Source: Eledone cirrhosa
Lineage: Eukaryota
Assembly: GCA_964016885.1 (NCBI GenBank)
Contig: OZ024758.1
Location: 10,230,001 to 10,294,000 of the forward strand
Reading direction: 5' to 3'
DNA length: 64,000 nt
Part shown: piece after piece, positions 14,926 to 29,068 of the stretch
Layout of the letters: each line of letters starts with the position of its first letter
Numbering within the stretch: the first letter of the stretch is position 1
Position numbers and translations under genes: made by a program
Notes under the pieces: model-generated
The model's input: the letters and a program-made list of their open reading frames with translations, nothing else
Databases searched by the model: none
What the model was told of the DNA's origin: nothing

Positions 14926-14964
14926 AATATGGTTTTATAAATATAGTTTCCATTTATTTAATAT

Positions 14965-15008
<44 letters not shown>

Positions 15009-15014
<6 letters not shown>

Positions 15015-15119
15015 CAGATTAAAGTTTAAGCAAAGAATCGCTGCTTTCACCCTTAACGGGAACTTCTGAAACTCCTTATTGAGCCCTCTTTGGATTTTAG
15101 TCTTCAAATTTATTATAAT

Positions 15120-15124
<5 letters not shown>
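15009..15124. mobile_element. (TA)n-embedded insert; inverted copy at 17257-17372
   Basis: About 115 bp shared in reverse complement. Both copies are bounded by (TA)n. Confidence 0.65.
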
Positions 15125-15192
<68 letters not shown>

Positions 15193-15310
15193 AACCAGTA
15201 GGACCCCGACAGCTGAGCTCAAGCCGTTTCGACGGCTAATTCTGGACTAAATGAAAATGTTGTTCCTTACCACATTTCCTTCGTTATATATATATATATA
15301 TATATATATA

Positions 15311-15502
15311 ACGAAGGAAATGTGGTAAGGAACCAGGTGGACCATAACGCACCAAAGTACTCAATACTTAGGGTAGTAGAGTGGGTAATAGGAACAAGTA
15401 AGACCCCGACGGCTGAGCTCAAGCCGTTTCGACGGCTAATTCTGGACGCAGAATTAGCCGTCGAAACGGCTTGAGCTCAGCCGTCGGGGTCTTACTTGTT
15501 CC
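15311..15502. mobile_element. (TA)n-embedded fold-back element, family A (putative Penelope-like pLTR remnant)
   Basis: Flanked by (TA)n on both sides. Perfect 54-bp inverted repeat (15391-15444 / 15449-15502). Related copies at 15192-15247, 32957-33155, 40830-40950, 44936-45103, 53122-53201 and 56185-56325. Confidence 0.75.
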
Positions 15503-15799
15503 TATATATATATATATATATATATGGACATAATGTGTCTGACCGACAAATATACAGAAATATACACATGCCGCTTTCGTCACAAAAGCAAACATACACG
15601 AACGCTTTGATCATAGGTTTGTTAATACAGGGATAACCTGATGTACACCTTCATCACAACCACCAACACCACCACTAACCCTGTCTCCATCGTTACCGTG
15701 GCCAACACCAAAAGCAACAACTGCAATTCTATTAAAAGTAAAGTTTCATTATGTGTCGTCCACTCAGACCTTAACATTTGTTGTTTGTGTATGTGCATG

Positions 15800-16276
15800 C
15801 TGGTTATACTTGTATAACGTGTACTGGTTATACTTGTACAACGTGTACTGGTTATACTTGTACAACGTGTACTGGTTATACTTGTACAACGTGTACTGGT
15901 TATACTTGTACAACGTGTACTGGTTATACTTGTACAACGTGTACTGGTTATACTTGTATAACGTGTACTGGTTATACTTGTACAACGTGTACTGGTTATA
16001 CTTGTACAACGTGTACTGGTTATACTTGTACAACGTGTACTGGTTATACTTGTATAACGTGTACTGGTTATACTTGTACAACGTGTACTGGTTATACTTG
16101 TATAACGTGTACTGGTTATACTTGTACAACGTGTACTGGTTATACTTGTACAACGTGTACTGGTTATACTTGTACAACGTGTACTGGTTATACTTGTACA
16201 GCGTGTACTGGTTATACTTGTACAACGTGTACTGGTTATACTTGTATAACGTGTACTGGTTATACTTGTACAACGT
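15800..16276. repeat. 24-bp minisatellite (~20 copies, TGGTTATACTTGTACAACGTGTAC)
   Basis: Direct tandem repeat. Explains the WLYLYNVY and CTGYTCTT ORFs. Confidence 0.97.
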
Positions 16277-16286
16277 GAAAAAATGG

Positions 16287-16392
16287 AAGAGTAGATGCTA
16301 CTTATAGAGGATGTTAAGAGTAGATGTTACTTGTAGAGGATGTTAAGAGTAGATGTTACTTGTAGAGGATGTTAAGAGTAGATGTCACTTGT
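16287..16392. repeat. 29-bp tandem repeat (~3.6 copies)
   Basis: aagagtagatgttacttgtagaggatgtt at 16287, 16316, 16345 and 16374. Confidence 0.9.
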
Positions 16393-16900
16393 TTTAAACT
16401 AACTGATGTGGTACGTTTGGTGAAAAGTAACAGGAATATCACAGGAGTTATAAAACAGAGAGATTAAAAAACAAGTCAAAGAAAAAAATGATGATGAAGG
16501 GGTGATTGAAGAGAGTGAGAGAGAGAGAGAGGGAGGGGGGGGGGTTAAGAATAATATGCAAACAGCAGAAAATTAAATACTTGATAAATTGGTTTAGAAA
16601 AGTTCGTTGAGTACGATTGAAATTTGATCTTTAAATTTGACGATCGACGCCGTGTATTTGCGTTTGCACCACACGGATATATATAACTTATATTCCTATA
16701 TTTCTCTTATTGTTTTCAGTCATTAGATTGGTGGCATGCTGAGGTATCACTTTGAAAGGAATTAGTCCATCATATCGACGCCAGTATTGACACTTTTCCA
16801 TGTTTTGTACATTTCTATATCGATCTCTTTCTTGTCAGTCCGCTAAGGCACGAGACATAGTCACTGACAAGAAAAGATACATACATGCACACACACACAC

Positions 16901-17069
<169 letters not shown>

Positions 17070-17076
17070 ATATATA

Positions 17077-17219
17077 GTAAAAAATTGAACGGGAACAAAA
17101 CAGAGAGGCAGTACGAACAAAGGTTTATTAGTTTCACGCTCTTGAGAGTGGGGTGGTGGTGGGGAACGACGTTTCGGGCATAACCCCTTCTTCAGGTGAA
17201 AAGTGTGTGGGAAGAGAGT

Positions 17220-17224
<5 letters not shown>
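17077..17224 (-). mobile_element. (TA)n-embedded hammerhead-bearing insert; partial copy at 47901-47943
   Basis: Both copies lie within (TA)n and share aaattgaac.gg.aca.aacagagaggcagtacga. Confidence 0.6.
17166..17197 (-). ncRNA. Minimal hammerhead motif (weak stem I)
   Basis: Reverse strand reads ac CTGAAGA a ggg-gttatg-ccc GAAA cg TC gt. Core intact, but only 2 bp of stem I. Confidence 0.55.
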
Positions 17225-17261
<37 letters not shown>

Positions 17262-17386
17262 ATAATAATAAATTTGAAGACTAAAATCCAAAGAGGGCTC
17301 AATAAGGAGTTTCAAAAGATCCCGTTAAGGGTGAAAGCAGCGATTCTTTGCTTAATCTTTAATCTGTTATTTTAATAAATAAATAA

Positions 17387-17425
<39 letters not shown>

Positions 17426-17487
17426 TGTGTGTGTGTGCATGAATGTATGTTTTCTTGTCTGACTATGTCTGATACCTTAGCGGACTG

Positions 17488-17524
<37 letters not shown>

Positions 17525-17758
17525 CTGATATATCAGGAGTATATGCGGTGTGATGACCATAAAGACCACAAATAAAAGTAGTACTCGATGCATGAGATAC
17601 AGAGCGAGTATATTAATTGTGTAAAAATCCGACCACAAGATCTACAGGTTCATCTTGTGATCTTTCCAAAATTCAGGGAATATACGGGCAGGCAAACAGA
17701 CAGACGCACACAAACATATACATAAAGGACTCGACGGGAGTTATACATATGCAATAGT

Positions 17759-18655
17759 ATACAGGGTGACTAACGAAAAAAAAAACTGGCCTCCGAGCAC
17801 GATTTGTGTCACTGTATAGTCATTGTCCTAACCGATCAACTTGAAATTTCAAAACATGGCAGATACAATGTCTAAGATCACAGCAAGACCACAATGGATC
17901 TCCAGTACAGGATTTTCCGTTTGAAACACTACTATAAGTGTGACTGGTACAAGTGGGTGCAGAAGGAATTTCAAGCATTTTTGCGAACGGACAAATCTCC
18001 CTTCAAAGTACCACCCGCTTCGTACCAAGGAAGTTATTGACATGGTCCAAGTGTTTTGAACAGAACCCCAAAACGATCGCTGCACAGAATCTAATTCTTG
18101 GGTTTCTCCACAGAAACTTGCAGAAGGGTTGTCAAAGTGGATCATAAGAAGTACCCATACAGAATACAGGCTACTTAAAAGCTTACTGCAACTGATAAGA
18201 TAAAGAGACATGCTATGGCTGAGAAAATGCTTGAGACGATGGAAAACTACCAAACTGTTAAAAAGATGATGTGGGCATCTGATGAAGCACAACTTCACTT
18301 AGAGAGAAAGTTCAACTTTAAGAACAATGTGTTTCGAGGATCAGAATAACCTACTGACGTGGCTGTGGAACCTCTCCACTCGGCTAAATGTACCGTCTGG
18401 GCTGCCATTTCTGAGAGAGGGTTGATTGCCACATCCTTCTTCGAAGAAAATATCACTGTGGGTCACAAAGGAAGGGGATGTAAAGGTCCAGGAAGACTTC
18501 AAAAAGGATCTACAGACCATGTACCCATTTCTAATGAATAAGTTCTAGCAAGACGGAGCAAGCTCTAACACTTTCCGTGAGTCACGAAAATGGCTAAAAC
18601 AAATTTTGGAAATCGTGTGATCAGTTGGAAGACTGATATTGAAGGGGCCTCGAAA
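17759..18655 (+). mobile_element. Degenerate Tc1/mariner-superfamily transposon
   Basis: TA-CAGGGTG start. Frameshifted motifs WASDEAQLHL, PLHSAKCTVWAAISERGLI and F*QDGA (DDD/E catalytic region). Confidence 0.75.
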
Positions 18656-19799
18656 AGTAAAGTTTATATTTTATTGGACATATCTATCTTACAATAATAA
18701 GGATTAATATTGTTATAATGCCGCATGCACTCACAAACACACACACATATATATAAACACACACACATATATATACACATACACACACACACACGCGGCT
18801 TCCATTTAACAAATTCCACTGACAAGGTATTGTAGAAGAAAGGAGCCATCCAATAGCGTTGAACGAATTTAATTTATTTTTATTTTTATTTCAATTTTCT
18901 TTTGGTGGTGGTGGTGGTGGTGGGGGGGGGGGGGGTCTATGATCGGTACATTGTATATACCAGGATTACTAGAGATATGAAAAGTCGTATAAATGGGATA
19001 TTTGGATTGCACAAGAGAAACCCTAGAATTTATGTTGATTACTGACATGCGCAAACTATTAGAGATAGGAATGAGATTTTAAGAATTTATATAATTATGT
19101 AAATGTTCAGCATAAATGTAAAAATGACGTACATGATTAAATATATGTAATTCTGAAGAAATACAGGGCCAAATGTATAGTTAGAAGCCAGGAACTGGCC
19201 ATTGGAAAGCAAAATCATTATATTACAACATAACTTACGGGGTCGATAAAATAAAGTACCAGTAATGCACTTGGTAATTGCTGGCCTTGTGCCTAAAGTA
19301 GAAACAATTATATTACAACATAACTGAGATAGGAAATGCATTGAGTGTGTGTCTGTAAAGATTACAGACACATATATTATTATGGCTGATGATGGTAACG
19401 AAGGGTTAACGTATTTTTTTTTTTTTACTGAATTCCTATTTATTTGAATTTTTTAAAGTAAACGTTCGAAAAGTATGAGATAAATAAAAATATATGAGTT
19501 CCAATTTCCCCGCTGGCGTTGTGTTGTATTTTGGCAAGTCACAATCTACCTAATTGAATAAAGATGTTACTGACACTTCATTGCTGAGAGGCTAACGTGA
19601 ACCGGGATTATTCATCCGTAATATACATCTAACGTCTAAGAGGGCGAGTGGTTAGGCTGATCATCATACGATCATATGGTCGTGAGTTCGATTCCCGCCG
19701 GTACCTTCTTATTTCAGGTTGATCTAGTCAACTCAGCTGTTAGTAAATATGATACCAGACCAGAAATAAAATTACATATTTTTGTTTAAATTATTTGTG

Positions 19800-19960
19800 G
19801 ACAGAGTATAACCGAATGGTTAAGAAATTCGCTTCGCAATCATAAGGTCGAGTATTCGATCCCACTGTCTGATATCTTGAACAAATGTCATTTATCACAG
19901 CTTTGAGTCACGGCCAATCCTTGTGAGTGAAAATTGGATAGACAGAAACTGTTTGTAAGC
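19800..19960 (+). mobile_element. Old tRNA-derived SINE (second family)
   Basis: Degenerate A/B boxes (atggttaag, ttcgatccc), then ccttgtgagtgaaaattggatagacagaaactg. Degenerate relatives near 7205-7335 and 18790-18835. Confidence 0.55.
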
Positions 19961-22754
19961 CAATTATACCTATAATTAAAAGGGCCAGCTTTGTTTCACA
20001 TTGTGACACGCTACCACTAAAAGTGCACGGGTCTGTGGAATGCTCAGATACTTGCACGTTAATTTCACGATCAGGTTTTCTCATTCTTTCGGATACCTGT
20101 ACCACTTCTAGTCGGAACTGATGGAGGACCAATGTGCACAACTAATTGTTTTTATATAGTGTGTATATTCAAAACAACGATGGGTGTGCAGTTGTTCAAT
20201 AACAACAACATCTCTCTTAAATTCTGAGAAAAAGAAAGGGTATATTAAATAAAGAAATCATGGAAACATCAGGAATAAAATAAAACACACACGCACAAAA
20301 AAAAAAAAAAAAAAAAAAGTAGAAAACAAAATATTCAATTGGAACTTTAGCTTGGTTTATTCAAACGTAATTAACTACTTACTTCTATATTGGAGACTAC
20401 GAAGAGAGGGGTTGTATGCGGTCACCCAACCTCCCCATATCTGAATGATTGATCCTCTGCAGAATCAATGTGACAATATTCTACAGGTCTGGATCTTCCA
20501 ATGAAAATTACACTCCAACAAATTGGATTCAATACCCTTTTGCAAGTTCGACTCGAGCATACAGCGGGACCTCATATCATGAAATAAACTTCTTAACCAG
20601 CCAGCTATGTCCCGAATACTACAACCTTCGATACGTTATACCTGAAAAACAAATGCACATTCACTGCTGGAACACATTTGATTGCAACAACAACAAAAAA
20701 CAACAACAACAATAATAGTAGCCATATATATCTATATTACATGCAAATGTTTGAATCTTCAAAAGAACCTGGTGCGAGGTTTTGCGTTGAAGACGATTGT
20801 TAAATGGTTTGGAAAAAAGAAGCTATACTTTCATTGGCCTTTCCATTATTGATATTATCTGCTGGTTGTAACTCCTGGCACAAGAAGCTGGGATTTAAAC
20901 TCAGATTGTCACAGAGCCGGGTCACATACTGCAAAGCATATCGTCCTCTCTTTTTAACAATGCCGCTAATTCAAGGCTACTTGATTGATTTATCGTCCTC
21001 GAAAGTATAAGAGACAAAGTTAATATCGGCGTAATTTGAATTCAGAACGTACAGCGTAGGATCACAAAGTATCCAATCCAATTTCCAGTTTTTAAAATTC
21101 CTTCAATACACCGCCTCTGGTTTGATATTTTATTTATCAACTCCGAAATGGTGAAAAACGAATTTGATTTTGGTGAGATTTGAACTCTGAGCAGGGAGCC
21201 GAGGCGTCATTTTAGGTTTTATTAGACGCTCTAATGGAATGGTTCTGTCAATTCACCGGCTTTAGTAGTTGGGAATCCTGGTTTGCTCTCAATATATCCG
21301 CACCAAGAAGAGAGTAAACAAACATTGTTGAATAATGATTTACAAAACTAAAGGAAAAGAAAGGAAAGGAAGACAACGGTCTAACAACTCTACTCATGCG
21401 CCGCTATCTAAAAAACAAAATAACAAAAACGTTGAAGAAATAAAAAATGGAAAGAAACATGGACAAAAATCATTACTTTTAGGATATGATTTAATAACAA
21501 AACATTAATCGGCTGTTACTGCCATAATTTCGCTAATAGTTGAAGTGTTAAAGATATAAATGTTAACTCTTAGCATCCTGTAATGATTAGCAGAAAATAT
21601 CTAGAAACAGGTTTGTTAATTCAAATGTTTATAATATTTTCACTAGTGGACAGATCCTTGTGAAAATTTGCAGGGCCAGAGTAACAACTACAATTTTTTA
21701 ATGTAACTCATTTATAGTGTTTGAACTTTTCAAGAATGTCTTGCTAATGTGGTTTCATGTGGTACAGGACGTTAAGAGTTACAGGAGGAGGAGGAAATTG
21801 GGTACAAAATAGTGACATGTCTCAACTGAAAAAAAAAAAGGGTCAGAACAGAACCGATGGGTTTGTTGGCAGCAGCAGCAGCATTTTTAGTTAAAAAAAA
21901 AAAACAAAACAAAAAAAACCGGAAAACTGGAACACTTAATAAAGCTGTAGGTTCAACTTTACTACACAACAGAACATTTTTGTGGAGGTGTGAAAAGATC
22001 TGATTTATTCTACAATGGGGAGAAAAACTGTCGTCTGTATAAAATAGGATAAAAAGTTATATTAGATTTAAGTTATATTTTTTAGAGAAATTTCATTGTT
22101 CGGTCATGTTAAAATCATATAAAAAAATATACAGGAGGTGTCCACAATGTCTTGTCATTCGGATTTGTGAAATAAAGTCTGGGTTTGAAGTTGAGAATCT
22201 CTTTTATTGGTAAACAAAATTTGTTTTAAGGCATATAAGTGAACACCGCATTCAGTCAATATGACAAGTCGTTTAAACCTTTAGTTGTGAATGCTGACAG
22301 TAATTGTAATGAGGCAAAGGGGTGGGCTTTATAAAATAAGCAAAAGTGTAAAGGAAATATATATTATTTCCTTTTGTATACTCTTATTTAAGGCACTATG
22401 TGTTTTCAACTGTGTAAATTACTGGGGGTTTGTTTTCAAAAACCCAGTCGAGATTCACTAGAGTGGAGAAAAATCACTAAGAATTTTGATATTTAATTAT
22501 TTCGTTTGTGAGGGATTAGCAATAAAGACAGTACATTCTGGAAGCAGCAGGCAGAGCATCCATATCACTATGGTTGAAAATAAGTGACGGAATAGAAAAA
22601 TGTCACTTGGTTACAAGCTAGGGTTTAATCAACCTCATGTCTGGTCATCTGGAAGAGGGTTCATGTTGTAAGACCCGAAATACCCAGTGACTCCTCCCTC
22701 CACAATGCAACTCTGATGATGTGTCCAAGGATTTGCACACGTGGATGTGTAAAC

Positions 22755-22809
<55 letters not shown>

Positions 22810-23279
22810 TATATACATATATAATTATTTCGGAATTCATCAACATCGTTGTGATGCAGAATACAACGCAAGTCGATTTATCCGAGCGAGGCCATTCAAC
22901 ATCCAATGAAATTACGAAAGGTTTTATCAGTGTTATCAGTGGCAACATATAATTTCGATTTTGAATGACCTGGGAACTGAACTTAGAGACAGTGTTGCCG
23001 CTGCACAGACAACGACATTCAATAAATACCAACAGAAGCATACATACACACACTGTAAGAATATATTTTTTTTCAGTTATCACTTTCTTAATTGTACAAA
23101 GAAAGACAGAATGCAAATTTTCTCATGAAATGTTTTTCTCAGAATAATAAAAAAAAATCAGAGCTAGAAATTAGTTCTCTGCTTGTTTTTGTATTGTTTA
23201 TATTTGGACTGATATTCTGAAAATTAATAGAATTTATTTTATTCAGGTTTGGCATATTAAATGGACGGAAATTGATAGT

Positions 23280-23505
23280 TTTGCAAGAGATGTCAACACA
23301 AATGGACATGTTATTTTTATCTAAAGACGTTTTTTTCTTATTCCAACCCGCCCGTCCCCTCAATCTGTCTTATTTTCTCATTCTTTCTTCTGATGAAGGA
23401 CTAGCGTCCGAAACGTTAAGACCCTCTTCCTGCTATATCAAGCGTTAACCTAATATATCTCTTCCATATACTGTACCGATTGTGTTGTTATTTCTGTTTA
23501 CCTTT
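23280..23505 (+). mobile_element. Hammerhead-bearing repeat (Penelope-like pLTR remnant); inverted copy at 53245-53478
   Basis: About 220 bp shared at high identity with 53245-53478, which lies between (TA)n tracts. Confidence 0.7.
23386..23421 (+). ncRNA. Minimal type I hammerhead ribozyme motif (Penelope-like type)
   Basis: tctt CTGATGA a ggac-tagc-gtcc GAAA cg TT aaga. Palindromic ACGT stem III. Confidence 0.72.
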
Positions 23506-23550
23506 TACGTACATACATACATATACATACACACACACACACACACATAT

Positions 23551-23608
<58 letters not shown>

Positions 23609-23981
23609 CATATACATAACCTATATCTATATATATATATCATTTCTACACAAGGCTTCTGGTTTGTAGAGGGCGGTCAATGAGATTGTGGCTCTTATAG
23701 GTTTTATTTTTCTTAATCACGGAGCGTGAAAATCATAAGTGAAATGAAATGGTTCCGTAGACTGCTTGCTGGGAGCTTTTAGTCTCTACTCTTCGGCGCC
23801 TATCACACAAGCCTAAATTTAAATCAAGTACAATACGAGGCTCTAAATTTACATTTCAAAACAAACACCCTTCGTTTGCGTTCAAAGAGACCTAAAAGCC
23901 TAATCTGTCTGTCACTACAGAATCAGCAAGAAAAACGATAATATATAACTTTTCCTTTACTGTTGTTACTAACATTAATGT

Positions 23982-23987
23982 TTTATT
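23982..23987 (-). promoter_or_regulatory. Candidate Prrx polyadenylation signal (AATAAA)
   Basis: TTTATT on + at the end of a repeat-free AT-rich stretch downstream of the stop codon. Other candidates exist. Confidence 0.25.
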
Positions 23988-24737
23988 TGCTTTACGATAT
24001 ACTGTGTATCGCTTTTGTTTTCCTTAACTCAAACCAGTGTTTTCTATGTCTCTAGACGTATTATGATTTTTCAGCAAGAACTTGATGACTCTAAATCGCT
24101 GTTTGCCACTGAATTGATTCATTTCGTTCTTGTTATTCTTAAAAATGATACTGATATATTTTTGTAATATCATTTACAATTTCTTTACAATACACCAACC
24201 ATTTCTCATTACACTTTTTTCTTCTATAATCACATAATATACATAATAAAATAACCACGAAGACTTTTTGACAAACATTTCTCTCCATGCGTACTTGCAA
24301 GTCTTAAACAATGAAAATTGTTATTAGTTTTTGTTTATTCGTTTGTTTGCTTTGCTTGAACTTCCATTTTGTTAGCAACAAAATGTCCTTTTTTAAATAC
24401 TGTTGTTGTTGTTATTTGAAATGTTGCCAGTTGTAACATCAAACCCTTTATAGTTTGTGAACACCAGCGAGAAGATTATCGTCATTATCTTTGTTTACAA
24501 TTATTATCTCTGGCAGATTCTCAGAAATAGTAGCATTTTTTTCTTTCTATTTCATAAATTTTCTTTATTACCTTTTCTCAACGAAACAACAGCAACTGAT
24601 GATGAAATAAAATGAAATTATTAGAATAGAGAATTGTATTACAATTATTATTTTTATTATTTTGTTTTGATTTGTTTCTTTATTTACTGCCTCATTTTTT
24701 GTTTGTTTTTGATTTTGAGCTGACAATGTCATTTGAA

Positions 24738-25076
24738 TTATTGGGGCATTTGAGGTGCACCACCATACCCCGGGTGTTGCATAACGTTATTGTATTCCTG
24801 TGCCTTCAACCGTAAACAGGCGAGGGTTGAGCCAACGCTGTGCTGTGGAGGGTACGTATGGTTAACTAGAGCGCAGCTTGATGGCGTCGTAATTGGATTG
24901 TATGCTGGAGTCGTCCATGACAAATAGTCTGTGTTCATGGGGGACGGGCGTGGTGTTATCGGCTGTTCAATTGGTGTAGAACTATCCGGATGGTGGGCGC
25001 CGTACAAGTTGTTTCGCTGAGCCATAGAGTTTCGTTCGTTGCGACGGAATTTTGCTCTTCGATTCTGAAACCACAC
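24738..25076 (-). CDS. Prrx: Prrx terminal coding exon (helix 3 WFQNRRAKFRRNER, conserved linker, OAR motif, TAA stop)
   Basis: Acceptor ttAG|GTG TGG TTT CAG, in frame with the upstream exon (VQ|VWFQN, the canonical PRD-class intron position). Q50 homeodomain. IEQPITPRPSP..DYLSW matches the PRRX1 motif VEQPIVPRPAPRPTDYLSW. STLACLRLKAQEY is the OAR motif. Confidence 0.96.
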   Translation of the reverse strand: MWFQNRRAKFRRNERNSMAQRNNLYGAHHPDSSTPIEQPITPRPSPMNTDYLSWTTPAYNPITTPSSCALVNHTYPPQHSVGSTLACLRLKAQEYNNVMQHPGYGGAPQMPQ

Positions 25077-25361
25077 CTAATGTAAATAAATAAGACAAAT
25101 GAATATTAGATGTAATAAATGAACCAAAAATGGCTTCAAAGAATTATTGTTATTATTAACATGGTAGAACACACCCATCCTCTAAGTAAAAAAAAACAAA
25201 AACAACTAACAAAATAAGAAAAACAGCAAGAAAAAAGAAGAAAGCAAACCAGATGTTTTTAATTCATATGCAAATATTTTGTTTAATAAGTAGACACACA
25301 CATTTTTACATGTATATAATTACTACACACACACACATATATTATATATATATGTATATAC

Positions 25362-25447
<86 letters not shown>

Positions 25448-25782
25448 TAGAGAAGGAAATGGTAGTTTATTTGAAGCATTACGTAGTGAGGTATAAATGT
25501 TTGAAGTTAGAAGGTGAGAGCAATGCAGGTATGGATATATGATAGAATATAAATACAAATGCAAAAGATAGTGCTGACAATCAATCTTTTACCTTAAATT
25601 TATTTGTATATATATATATATAAAATTGTTAAACGATATTCAATGATTATGTCAAAGAATGAGTTTTACAGTAGATTGGAAGCACTCAACGAAAAAATAT
25701 GTTGTACATCCGAAATATGTATAATAAAATGTAATTGATCAAAAGAACATCTATTTTATTAATACTTATATTTTAATATATA

Positions 25783-25848
<66 letters not shown>

Positions 25849-25850
<2 letters not shown>

Positions 25851-25996
25851 TTTTAATATAGATGAGATTCTAATGATTTCTAAAGAATGAAACAGTTCTA
25901 GTCCTGTAGAATCTCATCTATATTAAAACTTTTATACTCTGCTATGTATTGAGTACCTTACTTACTGTGGTTACCTCCGATTCAACCCAGAATAAC

Positions 25997-25997
<1 letters not shown>
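25849..25997. mobile_element. (TA)n-embedded element, family B, with short inverted arm
   Basis: Flanked by (TA)n. Inverted copy with a longer fold-back at 48429-48615. Confidence 0.7.
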
Positions 25998-26069
<72 letters not shown>

Positions 26070-26224
26070 AAATATATATATAGAAAGTAGTAAGTGTACA
26101 AACCAATCAAGAAAGAGAGATAATAGATTAGTTGTAAGAATTATAAGCCAGTAGTGAAGAGGAAATAATTGTAAACCAATAAATATTTTTTCAAAAATTT
26201 GGTTGTGTATTCTCTGACAATCAT

Positions 26225-26308
<84 letters not shown>

Positions 26309-26315
<7 letters not shown>

Positions 26316-26548
26316 GATCGAAAGATGGTTAGAAGAGTTCCAAGTATTTTATTATGCGCTTAATGAACACTTGTGAATAGCGAAGTTTTAAATCAACATC
26401 ACTATTCACAAGTGTTTTTTAGGCTTCATATCATGTATCCCTATTTTATCTGATGAAAACGCAGATATCATCCCATGATGATATTTGTTTTTGAAATGCG
26501 CATAATAAAATACTTGGAACTCTTTTAACCATCTTTCGATCTTATATT
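26309..26548. mobile_element. TA-adjacent element with ~50-bp terminal inverted arms containing a hammerhead
   Basis: aatattagatcgaaagatgg...tattatgcgc is mirrored by gcgcataata...ccatctttcgatcttatatt. It begins directly after a long (TA)n. Confidence 0.7.
26442..26512 (+). ncRNA. Minimal type I hammerhead ribozyme motif
   Basis: tattttat CTGATGA aaacg-cagatatcatc-ccat-gatgatatttg-ttttt GAAA tgcgca TA ataaaata. 8-bp stem I, 11-bp stem II, palindromic stem III. Confidence 0.78.
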
Positions 26549-26634
26549 ATTTATACTCCAGTCCTACAAACTGTAGAGTGCTACTTATCCGATATTTGCA
26601 TTGCTTTATTATGCTACAATAAAACTCATCTCCT

Positions 26635-26739
<105 letters not shown>

Positions 26740-26862
26740 TGTATATACAGTGTATTTTGCAATACACTGTATGCTTAATTAAAAGCATTTTGAAGACCAT
26801 ACGCTATTGTTTTAAAATAGTGTCAATATAGTATCAATAGTAGTGTCAATATAGTGTCAATA

Positions 26863-26972
<110 letters not shown>

Positions 26973-28005
26973 ATGAGTGTGTTAGATGGTTATTCGATGA
27001 TAGTAGGTAAGTTGATAATTACAGTGGAGATGATGACAAAGGGTATGACTAGCGACAGTTACGAACGCACGTGAGGGGAAAATGTTTTGTTTTCTATTTT
27101 TGTATATGTGTCTACGTTTTTTTTTGTGTATCATTTTCCTTGGGCAGAAATGACGTTTCTAATTATTACTTAATAAATAAATAAGCCACGCCAATCAAGT
27201 GTAGGCAGAGGAACTCGAGATCTAAGTGTCATAATCGGATCTGGAAATTCGAGTCAGGCTGTATCCATAAGCACCAAGAACGCTTACCGTCGAAACTAAC
27301 AGAAGTATAATCCATGGTTTTCAATAGAATTCTTCACCGAAATAAAAAAAAAACAAAAAAATAACGGAATGTGGATTGGCAACGGCTCACTACGACAAAG
27401 TTTCGGTGAATCATATGCAGTAAAGTCGAGAATGATATACAGTAAAATGGATATTATAGCTTAGTCATGTATAAAAATTAGGTGTAAAGTATCTTTAACT
27501 CCTGATATGACATATGGGTGCCATCCTAAGAAACAGTATATTGAGCATTTTAAACCTGGCAGAGCCAATCCTTCTCAAGATCTGAACACATCTGATTAAG
27601 AGGGACAGAGAGGGGGGGGGGGGCAAGTACTGGATTAGTACTTTATGTATCGACAGCGACAAGATGATGAAAGGTAAAGGTGACAACGAATGGTGCAAAA
27701 ACCTTCCATCCGACGTTCTAACAAAGCTAATTTGTTGCCTATTTAATAATCTTAAATGCGAAAATATGCTGCATAGAGCCGAACTCTGCTCTACTAGACG
27801 AACTGAATCTGATATCCGCTTTCCATTCCCAGTTGTGGTAGTTTCACTTTATTTAAATCATTAATACTCATTTCCTGTTTCGTACAAACCTGAAGCTTCA
27901 TGCCTACTTGGTGAAGGCACTATGAAAAATCACTCCTGTGTATTACTTTATAAAGAGACATCTCTTAGGGGGATACTCTAAATATGTTTGATACTATGGT
28001 ATTAC

Positions 28006-28092
<87 letters not shown>

Positions 28093-28215
28093 TGTGTGTG
28101 TGTGACTAATACGGAAATAGAGAAAAGTGAGGAAGATAGACTAGCAGAGAAGTAAAAAGAGGGTGAGATAAAGATAGATAGAGTAGCATGGAAACAGAGT
28201 GTGTTTGACAACTAT

Positions 28216-28278
<63 letters not shown>

Positions 28279-28457
28279 AGAGGAGGGGGGGGGGACACTT
28301 ACACACATATGTAAATCAGTTGATTTATTAATTTTCTTACAACATAACTATGATGTTTCAGCATAGCGAGTGTTCACGAAGCTTCTTTAGGGTTAAGTTG
28401 TATATAAAAAAAAAAAAAAATAATAAATCAACTTATAACATCACACTATTATAATGG

Positions 28458-28510
<53 letters not shown>

Positions 28511-28758
28511 TATAATACACACACACACTCACATATACAGTGAATTATTGTCCGATCCCACTCATCTCATATAATTAAGGTTTTTGAGAAGGTGGTGAGA
28601 TTACGAATAACTCACTTGAAAGCAACAATCTACTGAACTCCAACCAAAATGGGTTCCATAATGGAAGGGAATGTCGTATCTACCCGAGAATTATGTTAAG
28701 GATACACGTGTCTGCGGAATAATATACACTCATATTTATTGACGGATCGGACGGTTCT

Positions 28759-29068
28759 ACGGGCCAGTCTTATCACACGCTGTCACACGGGCCAGTCTTA
28801 TCACACGCTGTCACACGGGCCAGTCTTATCACACGCTGTCACATGGGCCAGTCTTGTCACACGCTGTCACACGGGCCAGTCTTGTCATAGGCTGCCACAC
28901 GAGCCGGTCTTGTCACACGCTGTCACACGGACCAGTCTTGTCACACGCTGTCACACGGGCCAGTCTTGTCACATGCTGCCACACGGACCAGTCTTGTCAC
29001 ACGCTGTCACACGGGCCAGTCTTGTCACACGCTGTCACACGGGCCAGTCTTGTCACAGGCTGTCACAC
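28759..29068. repeat. 28-bp minisatellite (~11 copies) in the Prrx homeobox intron
   Basis: Unit acgggccagtcttgtcacacgctgtcac. Confidence 0.95.

Noticed and set aside
15753-16307. Repetitive ORFs (WLYLYNVY; CTGYTCTT, antifreeze- or metallothionein-like)
   Set aside because: Translation of a 24-bp minisatellite that is stop-free in several frames, with no unique coding flanks.
17299-17350. Hammerhead-like ccc-gttaa-ggg-t-GAAA in the 15009/17257 family
   Set aside because: The core reads CAAAAGA or CAGAAGT rather than CTGANGA, and there is no TH after stem III.
19640-19760. tRNA-like sequence with A and B boxes
   Set aside because: No cloverleaf could be folded and it continues into a SINE-like body. 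It is a SINE head, not a tRNA gene.
28759-29068. CRISPR-like appearance of 23-29 bp repeat arrays (also 15800, 33935, 60140)
   Set aside because: Head-to-tail repeats without unique spacers, no cas genes, and eukaryotic context.
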